In this document: positions 35,785-48,941 of the stretch, piece after piece
Layout: each line of letters starts with the position of its first letter
Position numbering within the stretch: position 1 is the stretch's first letter
Assembly: GCA_043228905.1 (NCBI GenBank)
Contig: JBHGNT010000014.1
Span: 5,456,001-5,520,000, forward strand
Reading direction: 5' to 3'
DNA: 64,000 nucleotides
From: Azolla caroliniana
Taxonomy: Eukaryota > Plantae > Polypodiophyta
The notes under the pieces: model-generated
Database searches by the model: none
Told to the model about the DNA's origin: nothing
What the model saw: only the letters and a program-made list of their open reading frames with translations
Made by a program: the position numbers and the translations under genes

Positions 35785-37046
35785 TGTTGGGAAACATGTC
35801 CCTCTAGATGGGAAGAGAATTACCTTGTTGGTGTTTATCTCGGCCGAGACCGAAACCAAAATCGAAAACCGAAATCGTTTCGGAAGACTATAATTGTAGA
35901 TAGTCTAAATTGCCCCTTGTGGGCTATACTTGTAAATAGCCAGAAAGTTTCTTTTGTTTAAAAGAAACTAGGGAAAACTTTAGTATGGTGTAGTTGATCA
36001 TTATTGTAATTTAAGTTAGAACGAGGTAGTTGCCTCTAAAACCGTAAGTGAGAGTGTGACTCTATAGCCGTCTGTCAGACGAAGGAGAACTCGAGGTCGT
36101 TGTCTCCGAGTTCTGTACTTTGTACTTCCTCTCTACTATAGTGATTTGTTTCTCTCGGGGTTTGTGGACCCCCCTGGTTTTTTCCCATTTCGGGTTTTCC
36201 ACGTAAAATATCAATGTCTCTGTGTCTTCACATTTTTTGTCTATGTACTAGTTCTTGGTTTCTGCACATGAATACGAATGTGCAACCGGTTGTGGCCGGT
36301 CAATTCCTAACAAAGTGGTATCGGAGTGATGGAAGACTCATTCGGCGGCATGTTTAAGTTAACCGGCTCCAACTACGCAGTGTGGAAGTCGAAGATGAGA
36401 TCTACATGCTCATGTGCAAAGAGCTCTGGCTGCCAGTGCAGTTTGGAGATAAAAGACCAGACAAGATCGATGCAACGACTTGGGAAGTGTTGCATTTGAA
36501 GGCGGCCACATATATAAGGTGTTTTATAGACATGATTCTATATAACAACTTTGGCAAAGAAACAGAAGCAGACGTCCTATAGAAGAAGATCGACGTCATG
36601 TTCGAAAACAAGAACGACGTGAACCAAGTCTCAGTATTTCGAAAAATCGTGAGGCTCCAGTATCTGGATGACTCCAGTATGACGGAGCATATCGATGCCT
36701 TCCAAGGATTGATGAACCAAACCACCTCCCTAGAAGTACCTCTGGCAGACGAGGTATTAACATTACTGTTGCTGGGATCCCTTCCAAACAGCTGGGAGAT
36801 GCTCGTTGTCACTTTGGGCAATGTCGGGCCGGAAGGGAAGTATCTATCCCTAGAGCAGGTGAAGTCGAGCTTGTTGAATGAAGAAGCTCGCCAGAAGGCT
36901 TTAGTCACGAAAGGTGACATGATTTGGGGAAGAGGCCAAAATCGAAGTCCCCAGAACCGAGATAAGTCGGGGACTAGCTCGAAGTCGAGGGGGAGACCCA
37001 CGTGCTTCTATTGTGGGAAGCTAGGGCACTTCCTAAAAAACTGCCA
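35785..37046 (+). mobile_element. Truncated copia J (5' LTR 35785-36312, PBS, gag up to the zinc knuckle)
   Basis: TGTTGGG...CTAACA; TGGTATCGGAG PBS at 36316; CFYCGKLGHFLKNC. Confidence 0.88.
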
Positions 37047-38689
37047 GTCTATATCTCTCTTACTCTTTGTTTACCTAAATGTTATACTTCTTGTTAATCG
37101 ACTATGTACTCCGTTCATTGTCTTCCATATATGCTTCCACACGTAATCTTTTACAGTATTCTACATACGACGATAACTTGTGAGGGTTAACTGAGCATGT
37201 AAAGAAGGGAGGCTTACTTTTAAATCCTAGGGAATGAGACAACCCATTAAGGCCAAGTGTGACCTTTCCTGGGGTCCTTAGGTATGGCTATAAATATGAG
37301 ACCTAGTTACCCTCACTTGATACATGATCGACTAAGTTGAGACTTTGATCTTGTGGTGATCAACCCTTGTAGCGAGTGCGTTAGTACCAAGTACAACTTG
37401 ATGCCATGGCGGTGGTATGGGATGCCGATCAAGGATCTAGTCTATCTCGATCCCTTCCCTTGGGAGTGGTCGGGTGGATCAATGCCCTTCTTTCTCTCTC
37501 TTCTCTATTTTCTTATCTATTATTTCCTTGTCATATGCTTACATTAGAATTAAGCGCTAACATTTAACAAGTTCAGGTATGTGAAGATAAGAATCCTTAA
37601 TTAGTTTACTCGGGACCGAGGAATCTATAGTGCAAATTTGATGTCTCTCTTCTAAAGTGAGGACTTTGTAATGCATGTACCATCATAACGGTCATATATA
37701 GCTTTGTCTAACATTGTTTCTCTCTCTTATTTTTACTTTTAATCAAACAAAAACGTATTATGTATCTCTTCCTCTTTTCTTAGAGCTTTCTTTGTTACAT
37801 CAATCCATTCTAGGGTAAAGCTACCCATGCTCAACCCCATCCAACATTGACAAATCGTGCTCAAAATTCAATCATGCTCACAATTGCAATATAATCATAA
37901 TACTCTCATTATCAATGAGCATAATCTAGATTAGTTGTAGACCCCATTGTTGTGTCTCTTGTTCTACATTTTTGTGTGCATAGATTGGGTTCCATGTTAT
38001 TATAAGTCTTCAATTTCTTGTAGTCGTTGTTCTCTAAAAAACATGTCACTTAAAAATCAGCTATCCAAAATAAAACATGAAACTCTATAAAACTTCCATG
38101 TCTTTTATATTTTTAGACTATTATGTCTTTCGCTATTTTCTTTGAATGTTCATTATCTCTAAATAGGTAGTGTGGAAATGATGAACCTAGGAAATGGCTG
38201 TATGATATTTGTGTGGGTACAAAATAGATTCTTTCACATGTTCTCGAACAAAAAAAAGCTTTATAAACTAATTTGATTATTTTCTCCAATTGCTCTCGTT
38301 ACTATGAATTTTACCAACATCTCTCCCATGTATAGTTTTATCTTATGGTTCCTTTCCATTCAAAATTCCAAAATTTTATTAATTATGAAATTAAGGAGTG
38401 CTTGATCACAATAGTTAATGTAATGTTTTTCCCATACTTGCTACGCTAATCTATATACAAGGAACATAGTCTTTACAATATTATTTAGATTCTCCATCAG
38501 TAAAATATAGTCTAAATTTACAATTTCAAACTCAATATCTCATGAGTTACCATGAACCATTGTCAATGATTAAAGCTCTCAATTTCAAACTTAATAGATT
38601 CTCATGGTTTAGGAATAGAAACATTATGGATGGATGAGAAAATATAACAACATGGCAAAAAGTATTAACTAATGAACCATGTGATAGGT

Positions 38690-39004
38690 TTAGGAAGAGA
38701 AACATGACAGAAATGATCGACCAATGCGAGCTTTGACTTGTCCTCTCTTGGGAAGAGGTCTTATACAACCATTGCTTGATGATGATGATGATAAATTTGA
38801 TGTGGATGATGATATGAGACGATGTTCGTGATTGTCATCATAATTTGATGAATTATCACAAGATGATCCATGATTATTATTGCAAGAATACACGGGATGG
38901 TCACTACATGTGGAGTTAAAGCTAGATCGTCGTGCATAGAGAAGCTTCTGTGAGAAAGAATGAGAAGATTCAGAAGTAGAAGAAGACTCATTGAAGAAGC
39001 CCAT
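38690..39004 (-). CDS. Probable host gene: small Ser-rich protein with C-terminal PLPKRGQVKARI motif (104 aa)
   Basis: Intact ATG-to-stop ORF in the only TE-free AT-rich island; motif recalled from uncharacterised small plant proteins; TATA-like sites upstream. Confidence 0.65.
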   Translation of the reverse strand: MGFFNESSSTSESSHSFSQKLLYARRSSFNSTCSDHPVYSCNNNHGSSCDNSSNYDDNHEHRLISSSTSNLSSSSSSNGCIRPLPKRGQVKARIGRSFLSCFSS

Positions 39005-39113
39005 TATAGCTTAGATGTCAGATACCTCTTCCTCTGGTTACTTTCTATGTGGCTCTTTAAATTGTTACAATGATGTTCCTCCATCTTGAGAAATCCTCAT
39101 TATGTAGGGGGCA

Positions 39114-39525
39114 ATACTATATATTATATATCGAAAGGGACAAGGAGATGCTAAGGTGGTTTGGAAACTCTTTATAAAAGATTCCAGGGTGGCAAAGTGG
39201 TCTTCCGTTTAGATCTCTATACGATACCAGTGTCTTTCATTTCCATACCTTTCCCAACATCTTGCCCCTTCTCATGTTCCTAGGATACTACATTATTCTA
39301 ACATTGTCCTTCTTGATATTGTTTAACATCATTTTCTTTGCTCCCTTGTTTCTTGGTGTCCAACATTGTCACCCAAGTTTAATTATATATTGCTAGTTGG
39401 TCTACCTCATCACACAACATGAATGCATCTAACATTCAGGCGCACTTGCACGCTTGTGGACACTTACCTTTTGGGTTAAATTTAAAGTATATTCTTAAAT
39501 ATTCAGCCCTATTGGAATACACGTG
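39114..39525 (-). promoter_or_regulatory. Putative promoter: TATA-like boxes (about 39121-39130 and 39171-39179) and G-box CACGTG (39520-39525)
   Basis: Motif presence and spacing upstream of the ATG at 39004. Confidence 0.35.
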
Positions 39526-41059
39526 GAGTGTCTCACTTGACCCTTTTTTATGACAATGCGCAAAAGATTTACTCTCCTAACAAATCTTATCCATCTAGCT
39601 CTTTGGTTCAAAAGTTGTCATAGTTAAAAGGTTTTTTTCAAGTCACTATGTACATGACCCTTGTTCGCTTTTAAATTTTCACCATTGCACATAGTTTGAT
39701 TTAAACGTGGACTTCTATAGTTGAGTCATTAGATATAAACCCAAACATTGAAGCTTGTTTATCAAATAAATTAGCATGTGAATCAGAGTGATGCATAAAT
39801 TCAAATACAACTTTTCTTTAAGTTTCGAGCTTAGACTTCAACTTGAAACTCCCTCCACATATAGGGAATAAGTGTACATGTGACTTTGATTAATTATATA
39901 TGATGCTACATTTATTCAACGACAACTTGATAATGGTGCAAGGATAAATAATATTACATTCAAATGGTTGTTGGTGATCATAAGTTTAAAAATAAACGTG
40001 GCATAATTTAGAATATATCATCACTTTAGAAAAACATAATATATTGTGATGAACTCAATGGTGATGGCACTTTAGTAGATACAGTTAACATTATATCCAT
40101 ATGATTAATTTTCTAACCGTAATAGGTTAAGGATTCATAAAGAATAAACTTATATAATACATTTGCGTTTACAAATATAGTGAAGGAACCAAAATGTAGA
40201 GTTACAAAGTGCTATGCTCAAGATTTTGAACAACATGTTAGTTGTTGATTGGGTTTCTTTTACAATTGTTTTTATGATTTTCCAATGCATATAGGTCATT
40301 TAACAAATGTAGTTATACTCTCCATAAGAGGATTTTTAGTATTTGAAGTGCGCTCAAGATTCTCATGCCATGTGAGATAAGACTTTGTTACTTTAATAGC
40401 TTATTTATTGTTTTCTTAAATAAGTGTATGCATTTGGAGACTATATTAGATTATTATTTGATTGCATAGCAAGGATAATTTAGAGGATATGTGAATTTGG
40501 CATGGTTTTTATCTTGGTATTGTCATTTTCATGGTGCTAGACAATTTTATAATCGCCTTCTGTAACAAATTGAATCATGCAACAAATGATAATTGAAACA
40601 CAATAAGCGTGAAGTCATACAAAAGAGGGTTTAAGTACTCATGTATCAAGCACACAATTAATGCATCCAACAGATGATTATTGAAATGCGACAATGGTAA
40701 ATGTTGTGAGGGAGAGGGTTTAAGGAAAGCTAATTTAAAAGACTATATGTTCTTTTCAACATTTTCAATTACAGAATGTGCAATTATATTTTTGCTTACC
40801 AATGGATAACCGATTATTATGTAAAAGCAATGTGTGGGAGATGTTTTACTGCAAGCATTAATACATTCTATTTTCAACATTCTTGATTAATAATGGAGTG
40901 TGTTATGCACACATAATATAGGTGAGGGTAGGTCACTAATATTTACATAAGTGAAGGGTATGTTAACTAATGTAGAAAGGGACTAATGTGATTATATAGA
41001 AGGAATGAATAGGTGCACACACTATCATGATCTTTACAACCAATGAATGAAAAGTCTTT

Positions 41060-43331
41060 TAGAAAAGCACATCCATTAGAGGCCCGACTTAGGAAGGGGT
41101 ATAAATATGAGGAATAGTTACCCGAATAAAACACATTACGTCAAAAGGCTCTCATCTCAACACATCGGTGGTGCAGAAAAGTTTACTTTAATTTGGTCTA
41201 TTGCACTACAATGTGGAACTAACAATAAGTTACTAGAAATTTATCACAATATACAACTGTTCCACTAGGTTATTAGTATCAAATTGTCGCAAATCTGTGA
41301 AACATGGTACATGAAGTTATTACTTCTTGAGTTGTGTGGGTATGGTTGCTAATCACTACCTTTTGGTTATGTTATTGTTTGGTAAGTTGGAAATTAGAGT
41401 CCCTACACCTATTCTATCTTTCTATCTACATTGTTTGTTGTTCATGACCGACAACAGATCCATACACGTTTTCGCAAAACACACTCGGTATCAAAGCCAA
41501 CCTTGTTGTTCCGCGGCAATAGACAACAGAAGAAGAAGCTGAAAGAAAAGACCACGTCAGAAATCTCAAATCCATAAAAAGAATATGGCTTCAACATCCG
41601 GAACTGGAGTTGAAATCAGAAAATTCGACAACAAAGAATTTGTCCTATGGAAGGAGATGGTGTAGGATGTGTTGATCATCCAAAGGTAGGTCGAAGCCAT
41701 TAGGCACAGCAAAAAACCTGCCTCAATGACAATCGAGGAGTGGAGATCAATGGATGAAATCACACGCTCCACCATCCGAATGCATCTGGCCGAAAATGTT
41801 TATTTCAGCATGGCGAAAGAGATGACATCGTTCTCATTGTGGGAGAAGCTACAGGCCGTTTATGAAAAGATTTCATCATCTTCGTAATTGATTTTGACTG
41901 TTCAACATGACGATGAGAGAGATCGATCCGACAACCTCCCACATCAACACCTTCAGCCGGGTGTTGTTAGAGCTCTCGTCACAAGGGATCAACTTCGAAG
42001 AAGAAGTGAAAACCCTTGCCCTCCTATCGAGCTTGCCAGAGAGTTGGGAGGTATTCTACACGACATACGCCAATAGTCGACCGATCCTGAATCTGGACGA
42101 AACAATCGGCAAAAATCAATGGGACTAACTATCGATGAGTCGGTAGAATCCCACCATTCGACCGATAGAGTCGAACGAAAGAACAAGCTGATAGAATCGG
42201 TCAACGCTACAGCCGATCAAAAACGTGGGGAGACTGACAACGGTCGAAGTCGAAAACAGGCCGTTCAAGCGAGTACTATAAACACTGCAAGAAAGCTACC
42301 TACAATATTTCCGAGTGTTGGTCAATAAAGAGAAAATAGAGTGGTCGGCGATCCGAACGGAATCGGGGACGTTCCGACTCGAACCACTCTCTAGTCAACA
42401 ACCAGGTCAATGTTACCGACACCAGAGAAATCCTCTCCCTAAAGGATTTGATGATCGGAGAAGTCCTCTACAGTGCACAAGTTGCACACACGTGGCGACT
42501 AAACTTTGGTGCCACATTTCACGTGACCCCAAACACTGAATGGTTTTCAAACTATTCAGTCGACGCCAACACCACAAACTGACTAGGAAACGGGCAAGAC
42601 TACAAGATAGCAGGGACTGGAGGCATTCCCATCATATTATCAAATGGAAACATAATAAACCTGCACCAAGTTCGGCACGTACCTGATCTAAAGAGGAGTC
42701 TGGTCTCCATCGGCATGTTAGCCGAATACGGGTATAGAACGACTCTACACGAGTCGACATGGGTGATCAGCCGAGGAAACCTCAAAATCAGGAGTGGGTA
42801 CAGGTACAATAATCTGTACCCATTGATGGCGATCAACCCTGAAGGGGCCATGAATGTAGCCGAAAAGACTGACCCAAACCTCTGGCATGGCCGACTCAGC
42901 CATATGTCACAAGCCGGACTTGATCGGCTGATGTCACTCGGCTACATCCTGAGACTCTAGGCAAAGACGGACTTTTGCGGGCATTGTCGATATGGAAAAT
43001 AGACCCGAAGTCCGAACTCTCTCCAGTATGAGATGGTACGACATCCCCTAGAGCTTGTGCACACAGACATATGTGGGCCCATGCCAGAGCGATCACTAGG
43101 AGGCTCCCGATACTTCCCCCCATTCGTAGATGATTGTACATGGAAAGTTTGGGCATACTCCATCAAGTCCAAAGATGAAGCACTCGAGGTCTTCACTCGA
43201 TGGATATCTGAAGTGGAGAACCGGTCGGGATATAGAGTGAAGACACTTCGATCCGACCACGGAGGTGAGTACACCTCCAGAGCCTTCAAATAGTACCTGT
43301 CCAGAAAAGGGATCCGACACCAAAAGATCGT
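41060..43331 (+). mobile_element. Degenerate copia F (LTR start approximate, PBS, gag, PR, INT), interrupted at 43332
   Basis: CGGTATCAAAGCC PBS near 41486; gag MASTSGTGVEIRKFD; LWHGRLSH; VHTDICGPM. Confidence 0.85.
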
Positions 43332-45223
43332 TGTCGCGAAGTTTCGCGCACGTGTGTTACATGGGCGGGACCACGGGGGTCTTGGACTAGGGAGTACTCA
43401 AGGGATAGAGAAGACCATAGGTTTGCTTTACAACAATCCTACTTCCCGACCCCTTCCCGAGCAAGGGCTTGTTGCCCTTTGTTTTGTGAGGACGGTGGCT
43501 CTCGTTGATCACGACTCGTCGACCTTTCGAGATCACCTCACAAGCCAAGTGATCAAATGGGTACAAGCAAGATGAGCATGCAAGATGAACGCACAAGGGG
43601 ACGATAACACAAACAAGAATGCCCATACATCTTTATGAGGAGGGAAGGTGCATGGGCAAGCCCGAACGCTCCCTCGTCACAAGACGACCGAACATACAAG
43701 GAAGACACAAACACACACACAAATGATGGTACGTCTTTATGAGGAGGAGGGGTGCATGGGCACGCCCGAAATGCTCCCTCGTCACAAGGCGGCCGAATGT
43801 ACAAGGAAGACCCAAACACACACACAAAATGCTTGTACGCCTTTATGAGGAGGAGACGTGCATGGGCAAGCCCGAACGCTCCCCCGTCACGAGACGACCG
43901 AACGTACAAGGAAGACACAAACACACGCACAAAATGCTCGTACGCCTTCATGAGGAGGAGAGGTGCATGAGCAAGCCCGAAACCGTCCCTCGTCACAAGA
44001 CGGCCGAACGTACAAGGAAGACACAAACACACGCACAAATGCTCGTACGTCTTTATGAGGAGGAGAGGTGCATGGGCATGCCCGAAAACCCTCCATCATC
44101 ACAAGACGGCCGAACGTACAAGGAAGACACAAACACACGCACAAATGCTCGTACGCCTTTATGAGGAGGAGAGGTCCATGGGCAAGCTCGAAATGGTCCC
44201 TCGTCACAAGATGGCCGAACGTACAAGGAAGACACAAACACACGCACAAATGCTCGTACGTCTTTATGAGGAGGAGAGGTGCATGGGCACGCCCGAAACG
44301 GTCCCTTGTCACAAGACGGCCGAACGTACAAGGAAGACACGAACAAAGAAAGAAGGAAAGAAAGAAACACGAATGATATCGGCCAAAGAAATAAATACCT
44401 GTTCGATTCCAACGCAAGAGGACCCTTTATAAAATAGGGTTTGATTACAATGGCAACTTATAGTTAACCACAAGCTGAATCAAAATATAAATACTAAATG
44501 CCCTAGAGACAAGAGAAAATCCAAAGACGGCGAAGATGAACACACGAGCACCACCAAAACGCCAATCCCAACGAACCACGACCACCCGAACGGCGAGCAC
44601 ACGGGCTCGCAATGACGAACGGGGCGGAGCAACGTCGAACCAACGAAGCTTGGACTCACGAGCACTTCGAGTGCCGACGCGAAGAAGACGAGGATGTGGC
44701 GATGGGGGGATGAAGGGGTATGAGATGAAGAGAAGTGGTGAATAAGAACATGAGGAGCTCCGAAGGAGAAAATGGTGATAGTCTCCTCCTCCCAAACGTC
44801 CTCTCGTATGAGCCCCCCTCAACCTCCTTTTATAGGAAAAAAAGGAAGGGGGGTCGCTAATTTCGTCTTTAATGCAAAAAGGAATAAAATTCCTTAAATC
44901 ACGCTGCATTGTAAGACTAGATTTGAACCATGCACCTCTAGCTAGAAGTCAATGTGACTATCCACTAGCCCATTAACTCTCTCTTATATAATATATGATT
45001 CTATCTCTATAAATTCTTAGCATGTCTCCCCTCTACCTTTTATCTCTCCTCTCTCTTACTTTTTACATGGGCTGCTATTCATCCTTTCCACCCTTTCTTT
45101 TCCCTTTTCTTTTTCATGAGCGCAATTAATCGCCTTTGTGTGCACACACATTCCACATGCACATTTTGACTCCCCCCCCCTTTCGCCGGCATTTCCCATT
45201 CTCGAGCATGCCACATCACGACA
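43332..45223 (-). repeat. 3' LTR (1892 bp)
   Basis: TGTCGCG...CACGACA; GGACCACGGGGGTCTTGGAC block shared with 6386-7192. Confidence 0.88.
43613..44345. repeat. Tandem array of about 7 x 105 bp inside the LTR
   Basis: CTTTATGAGGAGG-like anchor at 43631, 43735, 43841, 43946, 44051, 44157, 44262. Confidence 0.95.
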
Positions 45224-45282
45224 TCCACCCCCACCAAACCACACATCCTCCGGTATGTGCCAAGAATGGCGGCTGAGGGTGG

Positions 45283-47727
45283 TCAATAGTTCATTTCCTC
45301 CTCCTCATTGACCCCGGAGCTTGTTGTTTGCTCGCCTTTATCTTCGTCAAGGTCATCGAGGTTTGGCTCCCTATCGTGTCGCTTTTTGAAGATTTTGATC
45401 CGCTTGCCTACTATTGGTAGTGCCAGGTTAGTCCCATCGAGTTCAACGAGATGGTAGGTAGCATTATCGTTTGCACTCATTACCACGTACGGCCCAAACC
45501 ATCGCTTTGCGAATTTCCGCATCGAGCTATGTTGATTGTCAAGATTGCTATCATATACAATCACCCAATCTCCTTCTTCGATCTTCCGAGGGCATAGTCG
45601 GTGCGTCTTGTCGAAACGGGCTTTGTTACTTAGCCTAGCCGCTTCTAACCTCTCCTTTGCCAACTCCAAGTCTTCGGGTCTTCTCTCAAGTTGTCTTATC
45701 CTTGTTGTTAGAAGCTCTTCTCGACTCATCTCGTTTTCCCATGGCATTGCTACCGATGATGCGATCGTGTTTTCAATGGGCATCACCGGCTTTTGTCCGT
45801 ACATGAGTTTAGCTGGCATGAACCCTGTAACTAAGCTATGAGTTGTTCTATCGGCCCACAAGGCATAAGGTAGTAACCAAGGCCAATTCCCGACTCGCCC
45901 ATCGCAAGCTCTTACAATGGCTTTTACAATGGGCTCGTGTCCGCGTTCTATCTTTCCATTAGCCTCCGGGTTATAAGCGGTCGTGAGAGAGAGCTTCACT
46001 CCAAGTCATTCAAAGAGCTATGTAGCTTCATGAGCATTCAACTCTCCTTTGTCGGCCACTATCGTTCCCACACATCCGTACCGGCAGATGATATCCTCAA
46101 GTAAGAATTTACACACCCCCGCTGTCATTTTGTTTGCTAAGGCTCGCCCTTCTACCTGGTTTGTTAGGTCTTCTCTTGCTAGCACCAAATATTTCATTTG
46201 GCCCACTCCCATCGGCATCGAAACCAAATCCACCATCCATTTGAGTGGCTAGGTCGGGTGCAACTCGTCCCTATGGCGTATGTTGGAGTGTATCTGGCAG
46301 CTTTCACACGTCCCCATGAAATGGGTGACATCCTTGTACATTCCCAGCCACCAATACTTCTCCTTTAACTTCTCGAATGTTGCCCACGTTCCTCTATGCC
46401 CCGCCCAAGGACTCTCGTGGAACTCAGACACCAATGTTGTCTTGTCCACTTCCTTTATGACCACTCGTTGTGGCGTCCCCGTCCTTCTCTTCGGGTGCCT
46501 CCAGAGGAATCCCCCTCGTAGGAAGTACTTGTACACTTTCTTTCGGACTCTTTATGCTTCCTCCTTCGACCATGAACTATTCACCGTCATTGAGCTTAAG
46601 AACTTGCCAATGTGTAGCCACTCCCCTTCGTATTCACTTTCGTTGAAGGTGTGGAGTACTCGCACATCTCGATCATCTATAGACGCTTGGGCCGTCTTAA
46701 AGAAGTCAAGAGCGACATCCTCATCTTCAGACACCATGTCGCTTTCTCCCTCGAATCTTGTCCTTGATAGCATATCTACCATGGTATTGTTCTTCCCTAA
46801 AATGTGGCGAATCTCTGGGTTCATTGATTTGATGTAAGCAATCCATCTTAGCATAGCTAGGTCAGGTTTTCTGACCCGATTAGGTAATCTTTATCCGCCT
46901 TCACTGCAGACACAATACCCCAAAGCTCATGTTTTACTTGGGCGTATCCTCGTTGTCGCTCGCTTAAGACCTTGGCTCCGAACCGGATGGCGTAGCGTGT
47001 ACCAACCTCTCCTTCTTGGTTGATGACCCATCCGATTCCTGTTGGACTCGTATCTACCATCACATAGATGGGCACCCCTTCCTTGTATACTGCTTTTTGT
47101 AAAGCTAATGCCGCTACCAACATTCATTTGAGCCTCTTCATTGCCTTTGTTCTTCCTCCCACTTGAACTTCCACCCCTTCTTGAGTAGCCCATACAAGGG
47201 ATCGGCTAGGTGAGCGTACTGTGGGATCCAGATGTGGTAGAATGCACAGGCACCAAGAAATCGCCTCGCCTCTATTTGTGATTTACATTCTTCCCTCATG
47301 TTTGTGATGGCGTTCACCTTTGCCGGGGATGGTTTCCGTCCGTACACCCCCGCACAAGTGTCCCACCACAAGAATCTCTGGTTGTCCGAATGCTGATTTC
47401 TCACCCGAGAAGGTCAAACGTGCATCTTCGAGTCTTTGTAGAACCTTCTCACAATCGGAGATGTGATATGCCACAAAATGTCTGCACCCATCCTCGTCCA
47501 AGGTTTCATCTTTCTCTGCTTCAGAGCACCCTTTTATGGGGATGTCATCGAGGAACGGCATGGTGATGTCGGGGATGCAATCTCTCAATACCTTGTTCAT
47601 TACATTTACCATGTGGGCTACAAAGTTAGTGCCTCCTTGTGGCAAGGTACACATTCGCACTACGCTGATAGGGGTCCGCATCGTCGTGATGTCCCTCCTC
47701 TCCACATCTAGTTCGACTATAGATCAC
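45283..47727 (-). pseudogene. gypsy H pol (RT-RH-INT), fragmented
   Basis: ORFs 47283-47705, 47138-47404, 46857-47123, 46552-46854, 46249-46536, 46018-46236, 45283-45999. Confidence 0.9.
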
Positions 47728-48187
47728 TGTTACTCCTAGGGTCGGACAAGAGCCTAATACAGGGTGTCCACTTAAGACACTTCACCAAAGGGTGGTACGG
47801 CAGAATGACTTACGGCACAACGCTTAATTAGACCTTAATCGATTACTTAAGAATACATCATTAACACGCGTAAGATATACAATAAGCACAGAACGGTAAT
47901 CAACACTGAAAGATTAAGGCAATAAGTTCTATTAATTATCCGCTCTCGATTACATTGTAACCGGGTCTTTATATAGGTCTCCGGTGCGAAATACAAAACG
48001 GTGCCAACCGACACCTTTTCGGGATCGGTCCGGATCCGGATCGGCATACCGATTCCGGTCCGTCCTTCCACATCTTCTCATATATTACTATATATTTTAA
48101 GGCTACTAATTACAACAGTTCCCGAATAAACTAATCCTTTCAAACTCTGGTTTGGATCTCCTTAAGCCTTCTTGCCGGCCGGTAACA
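47728..48187 (-). repeat. 3' LTR of G (460 bp, inner end inferred)
   Basis: 6-bp terminal inverted repeat TGTTAC...GTAACA; first 59 bp match 63942-64000; TATA-like CCTATATAAG on minus. Confidence 0.8.
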
Positions 48188-48189
48188 CA

Positions 48190-48228
48190 TGGCACGCCCG
48201 TGGGACAATACCTTGTACGTCGAACCCA
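48190..48228 (+). promoter_or_regulatory. Inverted second PBS (tRNA-Arg(UCU)) at the PPT position
   Basis: TGGCACGCCCGTGGGAC-N13-TCGAACCCA, 2 nt from the LTR. Confidence 0.75.
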
Positions 48229-48941
48229 TTATCCGACCCTTTTACGCTTCGTCCAAAATGTCCAGAATGCTTTGCTCCAAAATTTCCAATGGCTCTTCGG
48301 GAATCTGTTGTTGCTGATGTGGCTGCTGTTCCATTTCTGGTTGTGGCTGCTCCGTTTGTGCCTTCTCCGTTTGGGGCTGCGGCTCTGTTTGTTGCTCTGG
48401 CACCGGCGTTTCCTTCGTTGGTTCCTCCGTTGGAGTTGTCTCTAGCTGACTGACCCCGGCCTGGTCCCCGTCTGGTCCTACTACCGGAGACGGTTCCTCA
48501 TCACTAAGGTTGACCATTGCCGTCTTTCTCGCTTTTTCTTCCCGAAGCCGGGACCGCTCATAGCTCTCAAACTGGATTTGAGCCTCTAGCCGATCGTCGT
48601 CTAGTTGAGCTACGAGCTGTCGGACCTACACCAATTGTTCATCCGCTAGGGCTATGAAATCTTCAGCCAGCTCATCCCTTCTGGCGGTGAAGTCCTCCGA
48701 TGTCAGCATATAACAGTCGTCACCCTCCTTCCGCCGGTTTTCCACGTCCGCCCTGAGCAATTGGAGTTCCGCCGTATTCTGCGCCCATTTCGTCCACCAA
48801 TGCATAGAGCTGTCGTCAATCAAGCTTTTGGTCTTAGTGAGCCATGACCGAAGGATGCACTGGATCCGTTCGGCTCCCATCCGTGATTTGTTTTCTGCGG
48901 CTTGTCGCTTCTCTTTCAATTGCTTGATGATACGGATTGTG

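Larger units (their letters stand above)
43332..47727 (-). mobile_element. Ty3/gypsy element H of the TGTCGTGA-LTR family: RT-RH-INT and 3' LTR; interrupted at 47728
   Basis: FLDDIPIKG RT, DTSPTGIG RH, HESPWAGHRG/CESCQ and WFGPY integrase; PPT GGTGGGGGTGGA beside the LTR end at 45223. Confidence 0.92.

Noticed and set aside
43613-44345. CRISPR-like array or repeat-protein ORFs
   Set aside because: Whole units repeat with no unique spacers, there are no cas genes, the context is a eukaryotic LTR, and the ORFs arise from the 105-bp period.
48060-48125. Alternative 3' LTR starts with weak PPTs (GAGAAGA-TGTGG, GGGAAC-TGTTG)
   Set aside because: The purine runs are short and not conserved in the paralog. 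The 48187 boundary gives a 6-bp terminal inverted repeat and a similar LTR length in both copies. Not fully excluded until the 5' LTR is seen.
48190-48228. A tRNA gene, or the 5' end of a separate plus-strand element
   Set aside because: Only the 3' third of a tRNA is present, with CCA and no D or anticodon arm. The downstream sequence is the antisense of G's extra ORF rather than a gag, and the LTR is a direct repeat of G's own 5' LTR.
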